A stretch of DNA of 64,000 bases from Candidatus Aenigmatarchaeota archaeon (GTDB lineage Archaea; Aenigmatarchaeota; Aenigmatarchaeia; QMZP01): contig JADHWJ010000006.1 in assembly GCA_016783545.1 (NCBI GenBank), positions 888-64,887 on the forward strand, in the 5' to 3' direction. This document shows positions 42,276 to 53,400 of the stretch, piece after piece. Positions within the stretch are counted from its first letter, which is position 1. Every line of letters begins with the position of its first letter. The translations under genes and the position numbers were made by a program. The notes under the pieces are model-generated. The model was not told the DNA's origin. It ran no database searches and saw only the letters and a list, made by a program, of their open reading frames with translations.

Positions 42276-42746
42276 TTATAATTCAAACCATTCAGCTATT
42301 ATTTTCCAAAGTTCTTGGAAAATTATATTATTATTTATCCATTCATTTATATTTTTTAAGACATCTTCCTCTGTTACTGGTTCAGTTGCCTCTGTTATCT
42401 CTTCAACAACCTCAAACTCTATAGTAGACATATGGTTTTGGTATCCTTCTTTCATGGCATGTATGTTTGCATTATGAATACCTACCTGGGTTAATGATAG
42501 CTCTGCAAGATCTTCAAGAAATATAAACTCTTCTACTGAACCATCTGGTAGGTTTAGAAATCCTACTAGGAATGCATCTTCTGTATCATATGCTTTTACA
42601 TAGGCTTTTGAGGGCTCAAAAAGTATTTTTGGGTTAGTACAGTCCCTGTCTTCGCATAGTCTGAAATGTATGTTATAAAATCTTTCTAACGTGTTTATTA
42701 TTATAAACTCTGCGGATTTTTGCTCATAATCAATGTCTGAAAACAC
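42276..42746 (-). CDS. acidic hypothetical protein (GTG start as called; the frame stays open upstream to 42935)
   Basis: 156-aa ORF. The 63 upstream in-frame codons have similar composition but no start codon. Confidence 0.45.
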   Translation of the reverse strand: MFSDIDYEQKSAEFIIINTLERFYNIHFRLCEDRDCTNPKILFEPSKAYVKAYDTEDAFLVGFLNLPDGSVEEFIFLEDLAELSLTQVGIHNANIHAMKEGYQNHMSTIEFEVVEEITEATEPVTEEDVLKNINEWINNNIIFQELWKIIAEWFEL

Positions 42747-42985
42747 TGATATGTTATAAGTATAATATCCTTCTATGTCTGTTTCTGAAACAGTGAATTC
42801 ATGTCCCAGATACTCTATTTCATCTGGTTCTAATTCTATTGTTTCAGTTAATATATTTCTACTCTCTCTTTCTAAGTGTAAAAAACCAACAACTGTAAAT
42901 ATTCGGGTTTCTGTATAATTATTTTCTTCATTGTTTTATAATTATTTCATGGATCTATATATATCAAACAATTAATTCTTTAGTT

Positions 42986-43261
42986 ATGGACATAGCAAAA
43001 ATACTTTTGGAAAAGGCAGGCCTGGATTATAATCCATACAATAAGGATTTGTTATTCAGAGCTGCAAAAGAAGTGCTTGGTGAAGATTTGGAAATAAAGA
43101 AAGAACCGCTATGGCTGCAGACAATAAGCAACAGCAAAAAACATCACAAACCAAAAGCGCATATAGACGGCTCCCAGGTCTGGAAAATGCTGGAAGAGAA
43201 ATTAAAAACCGATAACAAAGAATTTGAAGCAAAAATAATTAAACTACTTCTTAGTTACTAA
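42986..43261 (+). CDS. small hypothetical protein
   Basis: 91-aa ORF with plausible coding composition. No motif recognised. Confidence 0.4.
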   Translation: MDIAKILLEKAGLDYNPYNKDLLFRAAKEVLGEDLEIKKEPLWLQTISNSKKHHKPKAHIDGSQVWKMLEEKLKTDNKEFEAKIIKLLLSY

Positions 43262-43320
43262 ACTCATACCATTTTCATTTATATGTCGGCAAAACAATAA
43301 TATTAAGCGGTGAATCCAAA

Positions 43321-43668
43321 ATGACGAATGAAAAAATAGGAGAATACGCCTTTATTCTAGGTGTTATTATAGCAGTAGTAGCAGGACTAGCAGCAGGAGT
43401 TTTAGATCCATCAACAGCAGGATATGTCACATTAGCCTTGGTAATCCTAGGTTTAGTTGTGGGAATATTGAATGTTGGTGATAAAAACCTAACAGAATTC
43501 CTTATAGCATCAATCGCTTTAATAGCAGTTGGAACAGCAAACCTAAGTGCAATACCAGTGATAGGTTCATACCTTGCATCAATGGTATTGAATATTGCAG
43601 CATTCGTTGCACCAGCAGCACTTGTTGTTGGTCTGAAAGTTGTTTATAACTTAGCTGCAAAGCCCTAA
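43321..43668 (+). CDS. small integral membrane protein (3-4 TM helices)
   Basis: Hydrophobic, Ala/Gly/Val-rich helices run throughout the 115 aa. Confidence 0.55.
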   Translation: MTNEKIGEYAFILGVIIAVVAGLAAGVLDPSTAGYVTLALVILGLVVGILNVGDKNLTEFLIASIALIAVGTANLSAIPVIGSYLASMVLNIAAFVAPAALVVGLKVVYNLAAKP

Positions 43669-43798
43669 AAAATAAAGGTAGTCCGTAAAACAATTTAATC
43701 TTTTTTAGATTTTTTTATATTTCTTTTTCTTTTATTTATTTCCCATCTAGCGTAAGCTTTATTTTGGAATAGAACTATATTATTATAAGGCGAGATAT

Positions 43799-44473
43799 AT
43801 GAAAATCTGGGTGCATAGTTATCATGATAAAAAAGAGATAGAGAAGAAAATAAGAGAACTCGGTGCAAAGGTTTCTTGGTGGTATCCTGATTTTATTATA
43901 TGCTATGGTGGAGATGGAACTGTTTTGGAAGCTGAAAGAAGCTGGCCAGGAGTGCCTAAGATACCAATAAAATTCAGCAAGATCTGTGCTGGTTGTAAAA
44001 ACTATAAGCTAAAGGATTTGGATTATATCATTCCTATGTTAGAGAGGGGCGAATATGATATAGGTGAAAAGGACAAGGTAGAGGCTGTTATTGGGAATAG
44101 AAAACTTGTTGGCCTTAATGAGGTGCAGGTGCACAATGCAGAACCGTTTGTGGCTCTTAGATTTTCTGTATCGGTGGGAAAGAAAAAAATTGATTGTATT
44201 GGTGATGGTGTTGTTGTTTCAACTCCTTATGGTTCTGGTGCTTACTATCATTCAATAACAAGAAAGAGTTTTTCTAAAGGAATATATCTTGCTTTTAACA
44301 ATACAACCGTACAGAAAAGACCAATCAATATTACTGGCAAAGTTAAGGTAAAGATACTTAGGGAAAACGCACTTCTTGTTGCAGACAACCGCAAAGCAAT
44401 GATTAGACTGAAACCAGGGGATGAGATTTTGATTAGAAAGGCAAAGGACAGGGCAAAATTCGTGGAGATTTAA
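43799..44473 (+). CDS. nadK: NAD kinase (short form)
   Basis: Contains GGDGTVLEAER, GLNEVQVHN, DGVVVSTPYGSGAYYHS and ADNRKA. Confidence 0.8.
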   Translation: MKIWVHSYHDKKEIEKKIRELGAKVSWWYPDFIICYGGDGTVLEAERSWPGVPKIPIKFSKICAGCKNYKLKDLDYIIPMLERGEYDIGEKDKVEAVIGNRKLVGLNEVQVHNAEPFVALRFSVSVGKKKIDCIGDGVVVSTPYGSGAYYHSITRKSFSKGIYLAFNNTTVQKRPINITGKVKVKILRENALLVADNRKAMIRLKPGDEILIRKAKDRAKFVEI

Positions 44474-45639
44474 TAGTTTAATACAACGCTTAGTTCTTCT
44501 GGTCCAATGTCAAATTCTTCCAGGAATTCCCTCTTCCTTCCTTTTATTATCATTTTCAGGTATGGTATATTCTCTCTAATGTCTTTTGGAGAACTATGCA
44601 TCTTTTTTACCATTTTTTTATAAAAGCTGTCTCTAAGCGCCCTTTTGAAACGCGTTCTTCCTAATTGGGCAATCTTTTCAGGGTATTGGTAGGGAATAAA
44701 CCCTCTTTGTGGATTAGTTCCTACGGATACTCCTACCATAAGGTCAGACATCAACCCTTTGAATCTCCAATTCTGCTGTTTGTGCACCCTTGATCTGAAT
44801 ATGTCTGCTTTTGAAAGAAGTTCATATGCACATGCGATATCTTCAGCTGTTTTGAACACTTTTGGTATGTTTGTTTCTATCCATTGAAAGACTTCATCAG
44901 GATCCTTGTCTGAATCATATATGGATTTTCTTGCAGCCTTTATGTTCTGCGAAAAAAATATGGTTGGAAGTATATCATAGATGTCTTTTAGCCTTTCTCT
45001 GAAACCAAGGCTTTCAAGGTCTTCTCCTAGGTTTGAGGCTGTCTGAAAATCTGTTATTGCAGAACGCATATCCCCATTTGAAAACCCTGCTATACTATCA
45101 ATAATTTCATCCTTTATTTTCAAATTTTCCTTTTCTATTATCTCCCTTAGTTTTTTTGATATTGATGCTGATCTTATCTTTTGAAATTTCACATGTTTGC
45201 AAGATCTTTTCAGACCAGAAAGCTTTGAGCTATATGGATCATTTGCAATCAAAATAATCGGAAAACTGGACCCCTTTATTATTTTGAGTATGGCCGAACC
45301 AGCTCCCCTGTCAGAACGTCCTGATATGCCATCAACTTCATCTATAAGTATTATCTTTCCTTTATGGAATAATGTTGTCTGTCTTGATGCATCTGAAAGC
45401 TGTAATTCTATCTCTTTCTTTGTTCTTTTGTCAGAGGCATTCAGCTGGACAAGCTGTAGATTGTTTTCCGTTGTATATGTCTCTGCAAAAAGGGTTTTTC
45501 CAATGCCGGGTGGACCTGATATAAGAAGGGCTTTTCCTTTTTTCCATTCGTTTAGAAATTGCAGGGCTTCAGATACGCATTTTTCCTGCCCCACTATTCC
45601 TGCTGTTGTTTCTGGCCTATGCCTATCTACCCAGAGCAT
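44470..45639 (-). CDS. rfcL: replication factor C large subunit
   Basis: Contains LWVDRHRP, ALLISGPPGIGKT (Walker A) and ILIDEVDGI (the DEVD box typical of the large subunit). Confidence 0.8.
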   Translation of the reverse strand: MLWVDRHRPETTAGIVGQEKCVSEALQFLNEWKKGKALLISGPPGIGKTLFAETYTTENNLQLVQLNASDKRTKKEIELQLSDASRQTTLFHKGKIILIDEVDGISGRSDRGAGSAILKIIKGSSFPIILIANDPYSSKLSGLKRSCKHVKFQKIRSASISKKLREIIEKENLKIKDEIIDSIAGFSNGDMRSAITDFQTASNLGEDLESLGFRERLKDIYDILPTIFFSQNIKAARKSIYDSDKDPDEVFQWIETNIPKVFKTAEDIACAYELLSKADIFRSRVHKQQNWRFKGLMSDLMVGVSVGTNPQRGFIPYQYPEKIAQLGRTRFKRALRDSFYKKMVKKMHSSPKDIRENIPYLKMIIKGRKREFLEEFDIGPEELSVVLNY

Positions 45640-45660
45640 AAATAGAATTAGAATGAAAAT

Positions 45661-46368
45661 TTATATAGTGTCTTTTATCTTCCAACTGCATTCATCAAAA
45701 AACCCGCATTTTCTGCATTTGTTTGGATTATTGTGATGCACTGGTTCTACTTCTTTGAAATACATGGATTCGAAAAGTTTAAGGTTCTGTAAGAGAAAGT
45801 CCTTTAAGCCTTCATCATACTCTTTTACATACTCATTGATTTTTTTCCCATTCTGATCCCTTTGCACTACTTTGAGAAATATTCTATTATATTTTAACAT
45901 ATGAGAATAGTTTCTTTGGAATCCTTCGCAATAGGCAGCAAGCTGTATTATTTTATCACTGAAAGGCACAAACCTATCTGTTTTGGCAAAGCTCTGTTCA
46001 ATAATGCTTAGAGGTTTAGTGGTAATCTTATCATCTATTATACAGATGTCTCCTGATTTTCTTATCACCTTATCTGTTCTTCCAACATAAAATATCCTTA
46101 AGTCGTTAGAAAACCTAGAAATATTCACTGTTATTCCCTCTCTGGTAAAATCCAGATCAAAAGTTGGGTCTTGAAGCTGGGCTTCTGTGGCCATCTCCCT
46201 TTGAATTAAGCGGTCTTCTTCTTCGAGAATTCGATGTATGAGCTTCCCCTTTTGAGCTGAGGGGCTAATTTGCTTTCTAAGACCTAAATGGAGCTTATTG
46301 AGTAGGCCAAACTGGCAAAACCCCATAAAGCTCGCAAAATCCGATATATTTACTTTGAGGGTTTTCAT
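45661..46368 (-). CDS. Cas4/RecB-like PD-(D/E)xK nuclease with Cys cluster (no CRISPR-Cas context)
   Basis: An N-terminal Cys (FMGFCQFG), GRTDKV...IIDDKIT, QLAAYCEGF (QxxxY) and the C-terminal CRKCGFFDEC (CxxCx5C). Confidence 0.6.
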   Translation of the reverse strand: MKTLKVNISDFASFMGFCQFGLLNKLHLGLRKQISPSAQKGKLIHRILEEEDRLIQREMATEAQLQDPTFDLDFTREGITVNISRFSNDLRIFYVGRTDKVIRKSGDICIIDDKITTKPLSIIEQSFAKTDRFVPFSDKIIQLAAYCEGFQRNYSHMLKYNRIFLKVVQRDQNGKKINEYVKEYDEGLKDFLLQNLKLFESMYFKEVEPVHHNNPNKCRKCGFFDECSWKIKDTI

Positions 46369-46404
46369 AAGAATAATTAAAAATAGGGTTTATATAATTT
46401 GAAA

Positions 46405-47403
46405 TTATATTCTTTGTCTCTTCTTTGCCGCAATGATCAATATTATTACAATAACAAGTACTGAAAAAAGCGCAAGTGTTGTTGTTGTTCCAAGACCAAA
46501 GAACGCTCCTATTGGCGCACCTAGAATCTTTTCAATCTCTTTTTCAAGTGTTGATTTCTCTGATATAGGGGTTGTTTCTTCTAGCTTAGGAAGCTCTGAC
46601 TCTGATTCAGTCTCTTCTTCTGAAGAAAGCGCAGCTCCTGCTCCACCACTTGCTGCTGCTCCGCTTCCTGTACTCCCAGCTGCACTGCTATCGTCTGTGC
46701 TTGGACTTGGGTTTGTAACTGACGCAGAATCGGAAAGAGATATGTCAGAAGGTCCTGTAGCAGCTAAAGAAAGTGAACAATCAGAACTACCCATTGTAAT
46801 TGTCCAAGAACGAGAGAGCTCGCTGTTATGTGCAAGGGATACAGACTTAGAGGCACTTTCACCTGATTTCAACTCACAATTGGAAGGTGTAAGTGTTAAT
46901 GTTGCATCAAAGTCCCCACCAGATAATATATTAGCTGTGACAATGAATTCAGAGCTTGTTGCAACAGAACTTGATGAAGAGGAAAGTGTAAGGGTTTTTA
47001 TAACAATTGCATTTATTTTCGCAGAACTTACCTCTTCTGTATGTGTTGTTCCATCTATATCTATATCAGAAAATTTATGGTTGTTTCCTGGCGTAATTGT
47101 CCTTATACCTTCAAATGTTGCGGTTGTGGTTCCGCCTGCACTGATAGTAGATGAGAAACCTGAACCACTATAGGTATTTGATTCAGCCCAATTACCAGAC
47201 ACATCGAGCACAATTTCATTAGTAGTTACCGAAGAAGATGGATCATTGTTTAGTATAACTGCCTGACAATAGAACTGTTCGTTATTTTCTATTGTCAATG
47301 TGGTCTCTCCTTTACATTTAAAATCTTGCACAACCAGAGCCGCTTCTACACCAGGAACTATCAGAATTGCCATCAAAACTGAAATTAATATTAGTTTTTT
47401 CAT
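46405..47403 (-). CDS. surface protein with signal peptide, Ser/Thr-rich stalk and C-terminal TM anchor (the ORF is open to 47448)
   Basis: MKKLILISVLMAILIVPGVEA...SSAAGSTGSGAAASGG...LALFSVLVIVIILIIAAKKRQRI. The ATG at 47403 lies 2 nt after the stop of the giant gene. Confidence 0.7.
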   Translation of the reverse strand: MKKLILISVLMAILIVPGVEAALVVQDFKCKGETTLTIENNEQFYCQAVILNNDPSSSVTTNEIVLDVSGNWAESNTYSGSGFSSTISAGGTTTATFEGIRTITPGNNHKFSDIDIDGTTHTEEVSSAKINAIVIKTLTLSSSSSSVATSSEFIVTANILSGGDFDATLTLTPSNCELKSGESASKSVSLAHNSELSRSWTITMGSSDCSLSLAATGPSDISLSDSASVTNPSPSTDDSSAAGSTGSGAAASGGAGAALSSEEETESESELPKLEETTPISEKSTLEKEIEKILGAPIGAFFGLGTTTTLALFSVLVIVIILIIAAKKRQRI

Positions 47404-47405
47404 AC

Positions 47406-50400
47406 CTATCCTGTTATATTTATTATTATATTCCTTATACCAGACCATGATGAGTTTGCATCTGAAGTTACAGCCTTAACCTTCCAAAAATATGTTGCAT
47501 CTGAAAGGGCTGATGAAGTATAGTTAAGTGTTGAAAGTGAATGGTTCTGTTGTGTTATGTTTCCTACTTCAAATCCAGTTGAACTGGATATTAATATTGC
47601 ATATGTTATTGTATCATTGTCTGAGTCTGTTGAAGCAGTCCAATTAAAAGATGTTGTATTATCCGATGTTGTGCTTCCATTTGTTGGCTGAGTCAAATTT
47701 GGAGCAGTTGGTGGGCTATTTAGTACTGTTAGCGCACTGGAATTGCTCCAAGAAGAGTTTCCATTATCATTTCCAAATGACACTGAACATGTCCAATTTT
47801 CCCCTTTACTTGTATTACCTGATAGCAATCTATTTATTGTTAATGTATTATTTGGGGCAGTTCTTGAACCAGAATAGTTCAATGCCCCGTTCTTGTACCA
47901 TCTATAGTAGGCTGTTAGTAATGAATTTTCATTATTTACGCCTATTGTATAACACACTAAATTATCTGTTGTGTAGTTATTTGATGAAGTTGCGTTGATT
48001 ATTATATAAGAAACCGATGGTGTGGTAGTAGCGTTAACTATAAACGCGCTTATATCGGTCACATTCCATGTACCAGCTGAATTGTTTGCATACACTCTCC
48101 ACGAAATTATTGTACCGCTTGAATAATTCAATGTTTTGCTCACATTTGACCAATTATTTGTAAATGCTGTCCATGTATCATTGACCCAGCTTCCAGAAGC
48201 ATTCCAAGAGAATATGTAACCAGAAAGGTTTACATTGGTTTCCCATAGAACTGAGAACTCAGCACTTGCATTCTCTAGTGTTGTATTCACACCCGTACTA
48301 ACCCAAGCAACATACGGCTGTGCTGTCCTATTCAAAGTAATTACTGTTTCATTTGTTCCATAATTCCAATCTGAATCATAGCAATAGAATTTTATACCAT
48401 AATCTTGATTTTGTGATGTATTCAATGAAAGATTGTATGTATGCGCTGTTCCACCTGTTGATACCTGACCAGACCAGCCTGAAATCCATGAATATGTGTA
48501 GACACTTCCGTTGTAACTAGTATTGCAAGCTGCTGAAACATTACCTGAACAATACCAGCTATAATATCTATCATAGTTCACAATCATTATATCACACCTT
48601 GCATCCTCTGTCGTAGAGGCATTGAAGAATATATTATTTTCTGTTATTACCTGTGCCAATGTTGGTGTGTTTATTGAGACATTTGGTGCTACCATATCCT
48701 TTATCTTAAAGTAGCCATTTTTTATTATAGAAGAATCTGTGCCGTTTGTTATATATACTTTTACATAATAATCTCCACCTTCCCATAAACCACCAGATGG
48801 AACCAATTTTATATAACCAGCCGTGTCAATCTCATTATTACCTACTGATTCCCCTGTTGAAACATTAACAACGCTCCATGTAGCACTTGAATATGTCCTA
48901 CAGCTGTCATCCCAGCACCCATCTGGGCTTTTTGAAAAAAGAACATTTGTGACATTGACCGCCACATTGCCTCCAGAAAGGTCTTGTAATGAATATAGAT
49001 ATATCGTAATATTGTTTGGAAATGAGGTTGCATACTGATAATTTCCATTACTATCTACAGCATACATATATCCTCTTAATGTTGGTCTCGCATTGAAATA
49101 AACACTGCTCCAGTCATCTATTCTAGTTGAATCATTGTCATCTGTAAATTCAGTGTAAAAATAATTATACCCTTCTTCCCAGCCGTCTAGAGGAGCTTCT
49201 ACAACAACAGCTGAAGTGCCGTTTATCAAACAGCTTGAAGAAGTTCTTGAATTGCAGCCATTCACACTGAAATTATAATAGATATTTGAAGGCCATGACG
49301 ATCTATATACAGATGTAAGATTACCGGTTTCAGGTTGACTGCTTATTGGATGACTTAGTGTTGCATTGAAAGTTAGATTACCTGACAGACCAATAGTATA
49401 TGGTGAAGTTCTTGAGAGACTTATTGTAAACGGAACTGCTCTGAAACTTATCCAACCATCCTTGGTTTCATTTGTATCAATATCTTTAATTGTCACTGTT
49501 ATTGATACCCATCCAGATTCCCATCTACCACTCGGTGGTTCTATTGTTAGATTTATAATACTGCCATTGAATATTGCTGTTCCATTGCCTAGTGTATAAT
49601 TAGTTATATCTGTTCTCAATTCGCCTGCATAATTCCATGTTCTTTTGATTATGCTATCTATACTATAATTCCCTTCCTGGATTGTATATGGCCATGTCCA
49701 TCCAGGCTCGTATATTGTCAATTCCACTGTTAAGTTGTTATCAGTTGCTATGGTATATGGATTTGCAGTGGCCTGAATCCTAAACGGCTCCACATTGAAC
49801 CAAAGCCAGCCTGTCACTTTTTCGCTTTCATTGTTTATCATAATAATTTCGCCATTGTAAGATCCCCCTGGCCAGGTTCCATTGTTATAGGTAACATTCA
49901 ACATTGAACGACCTGTTACATTCAGATCATTAGATCCAACTATACTGATGTTAATATCTTCTGGATAATTATAATCTATCTGTTGCCAGGTATTGGAATT
50001 CCATCTGCGAAGCACCATATCTGAAATAGTTGTATTTACAAAATCCACTGTTGAATAATAAGAATAATAATATTTTCTGTTCTTTGTTGTTGTTACATTG
50101 AAATAAACAGGACCCCTTCCTCTTGTATTATATTCGTAGGTTCCGTTTTCATTCATGGGTTGTGTGTCTATATAGAACGCTAATGCACTAAACCAGCCCC
50201 ATCCTGTCTCTGTTCCATTTAAATCCAAAACAACCTGATAATATCCAGAATCCCATCTACCAGATACTGGTGTTATATTGATTATGTAGTTATCATCACC
50301 TGTGGATGCAGACCAGATATCTCTGTTTGACTGATTTACTGTAATTGTTGTAGCAGTGTAATTTGCTGCTGGTACCTCTTTTGGAGGCCATGTGGTATAA

Positions 50401-53400
50401 AATTCCAGTTTCTTTATACTTATATCAACGTTCCCACCAAGCGAACTTCCATAAGTACCCCAGGCATCACCAGCATTCATTATCTTTACATACAGGCTTA
50501 CATTTTCTCTTGTATTGAACTGGTATTTGTATTGATATGTACCGCTAGAAAGTTCAACTGGGTTTGCGTATGCATACCAATTTCTTATCTCAAACCATAG
50601 CTCCCCATAATCACTTTCTCCAGAAGAGCTATCAGTTCCCTTTATAATAGCAGAATAATAACCTGGTTTCCATGTCCCGTTTGGTGCTCTTGAAGCACTT
50701 AGTGATATTGTACCTGCTCCACTTGATATTGTTGAAGCTGACAGACCTGTTGTATTATAATTATAGGTCACTGGCTGCCACATCCATTCTCCAGGTGTTC
50801 CTCTATATTGGACACTTTCAAGCGTAACTGTTCCGTCTATACCACTTCTGCTACTCCACCAGCCACTGCCAGCAGAATACATGTATATTGTGAAATTGAT
50901 ATCACCTGTTGGTTTATTGCTCCATAAATTACTCCATCCATAAATATAGAAAGCACGTGCTTCAAATGTTCCAAATCCTTCATCACTTGTTACGCCATTG
51001 GGTCCTGTTATTTCAACAACAACCCTGTATTTTCCACCATCCCATAAATTATCATATGGTTTTATGACACACATATACCCACCCGTCTGATCAATTGGAT
51101 AGCATATGGATGCCGTGCTGTTCAGGGTTTCTGTATTCCCATTCCGCATATTTTTGACACCTTTTATTGTAATTGTTGCGTTATTAATCGCTGTTTTCGT
51201 TGTATCTGCCTGGCATGCACCACCATATCCATAATAATAACCAGCAGAACTTGTTGTTAAATTAGCTAGTGATAAACTCGATGCATCCTTGGTCTGGTGA
51301 ACCTTCATCTGAAGATATATTGTATCTGTTGTTTGGAATTGCCAATAATAATCACTTTGAGTTGTATCTGAACTTGCCTTTGCAGCAGTGCAGATTTCAT
51401 ACGGTTTTATTCTGAGTCTTGCCCATGTATTTGCAGATTTATTGTTTACAAACATCTCAACAGTGAATAGGCCGCCTGTACTTGGTGGGTCTAATATTAC
51501 CAGACTACTTGTTGAGTTCCATCCCCATTCCAGATCAGTATCTGTAAAGTTCATTAGACTCCAATTTGACTGATATGTATAATTTTTCTCAGTCCCATCC
51601 TGATATTTTATAGAAACAATGTCAATATCAGTAACATTCACATTGGATGTCTTGTTCTTTGCGGTTACCTTTATGTATGCAAATTCTGACATTGAAAATA
51701 TATCTCTTTTGTTTTCATTGACGTCTGTTGATAGTGCAGAAGCCCTTATTGTTGTAACAGTTAATAGTTTCTCTACTGACTGTGTATCATCGTTATTAGC
51801 AAGCGTAACAGAAAGTGTATAAGAGCTCTGTATACTAGGCATGGTTAAATTAAATGTGTATGTCCCTGTACTAGAATTATAAAATGCTGAACTATTTGTC
51901 ATCTGAGCACCGAAATTATTTTTAAGAGTAATAGTGAAATTGTTATTGAGACCTGATATTGCGCTTCCGTTTCCTCTTTCTATAACACTTGCATCGAAAT
52001 ATACAGTAGAGTTAGCAAATGCTGTATATCCATATTCAAAACCTGAATTAGAACTTGTTTTAGATACTGATAATGTCCAATCCCTTACCTGGAAAATAGC
52101 TGTTGAATTTATTGTCTCTCCTCCAATTTTTCTCACACTCACCTTTGTCTTATATTCACCGACTGTAAGATTATTGTTTATTGTGAATGGGACTTTGTTA
52201 GAGTAACTATTATTCGAATCCAAAGAAAATCCTGTAAGTGTGCTTATCAGCGTTCCGTTTGAATTGTAAATAGAACTGGAAACAGTGTAATTACCAGAAG
52301 CTGTAGTTGAATTATAGCCTACTCTTACTTCAACATAACCTGTATCACCTTTCTTGAAAACGTTTTTTATGCTTGTTCCTGTACTATCCTTCATAAAAAC
52401 ATCAACATCAAAGGCTACCACACTAAATGTTGTGTAACCCACATAATTATTTGCCTCTAGTATGTATCTTCCTGATGTTGAAGGTGCGATTAAATTTGTA
52501 TAAACGCATAAACCATTCGCATCTGTTGTACAGCTAAATGTATTAAGAATTTCAAAATCTGAATCTCTAAGTGTTCCATTAATACTGACATTTGCAACTG
52601 GAAGATCATTATCACCAAGATATTGGATTGCTCTTGCAGTAAGTGTTATGTTAGAGCTTGGATAATAAATAGCTTTGTTTGGCTCCAATCTTATATCATC
52701 AATTGATTGATTGATTACATTAATTGTAATCACTGAATATGTTGTTGCGCTTCCGTTTGTGTAAGTGGCATTCAATGTATAATTACCAGTCGTACTTGGA
52801 GCATTAATCACTGTTGCAGAAGGGTAATAATCACTTCTTGAATAGTACTCACCATTTGAACCTGTTGTAAATGTGTAATTCGAAATAACATCATTAGAGA
52901 TATTCAATAGGCTAAGGTTTATGCTGACACTTGGCACCCCTGTCTCAGATGATGCTGTTATGTTATAAAGATACCCGTAAATTTCTATTCTTTCTCCAAG
53001 ACCAAATATAGTCTTTGAAACCATTAGCTGTAGATCATAGATAATTGCACTGATTGCTGTTGAGGTGGCATTTGTAGTGAAATTATACATACCTGTTGTA
53101 TTGCAATTGAAACTATCACAAGATGTTACATTGTAATAATATGTTGTGTTTGATGAAAGGCTGCTTAGGCTTATATTATGAGATAAAACCTGAGTGGAAT
53201 TTGTAACACTAGATGCTAGACTGGAATTTATTCCATAAGAAACAGTGGAATTTGCAATTTCGTCTGTGTCCCAGACTATATCCGCTGTTATTGTGTCTGT
53301 TGCTGCACTTACATTTTCTATAACCGGAGTTGATGTATCAACAGAAAATGATAATGTTGTATTATCAGATACATATGTGAAACTGTTATTTCCGCTTGCA

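Noticed and set aside
45197-47173. Antisense ORFs 45197..45736 and 46433..47173.
   Set aside because: They overlap the well-supported rfcL gene and the anchored surface-protein gene, and their products are low-complexity.
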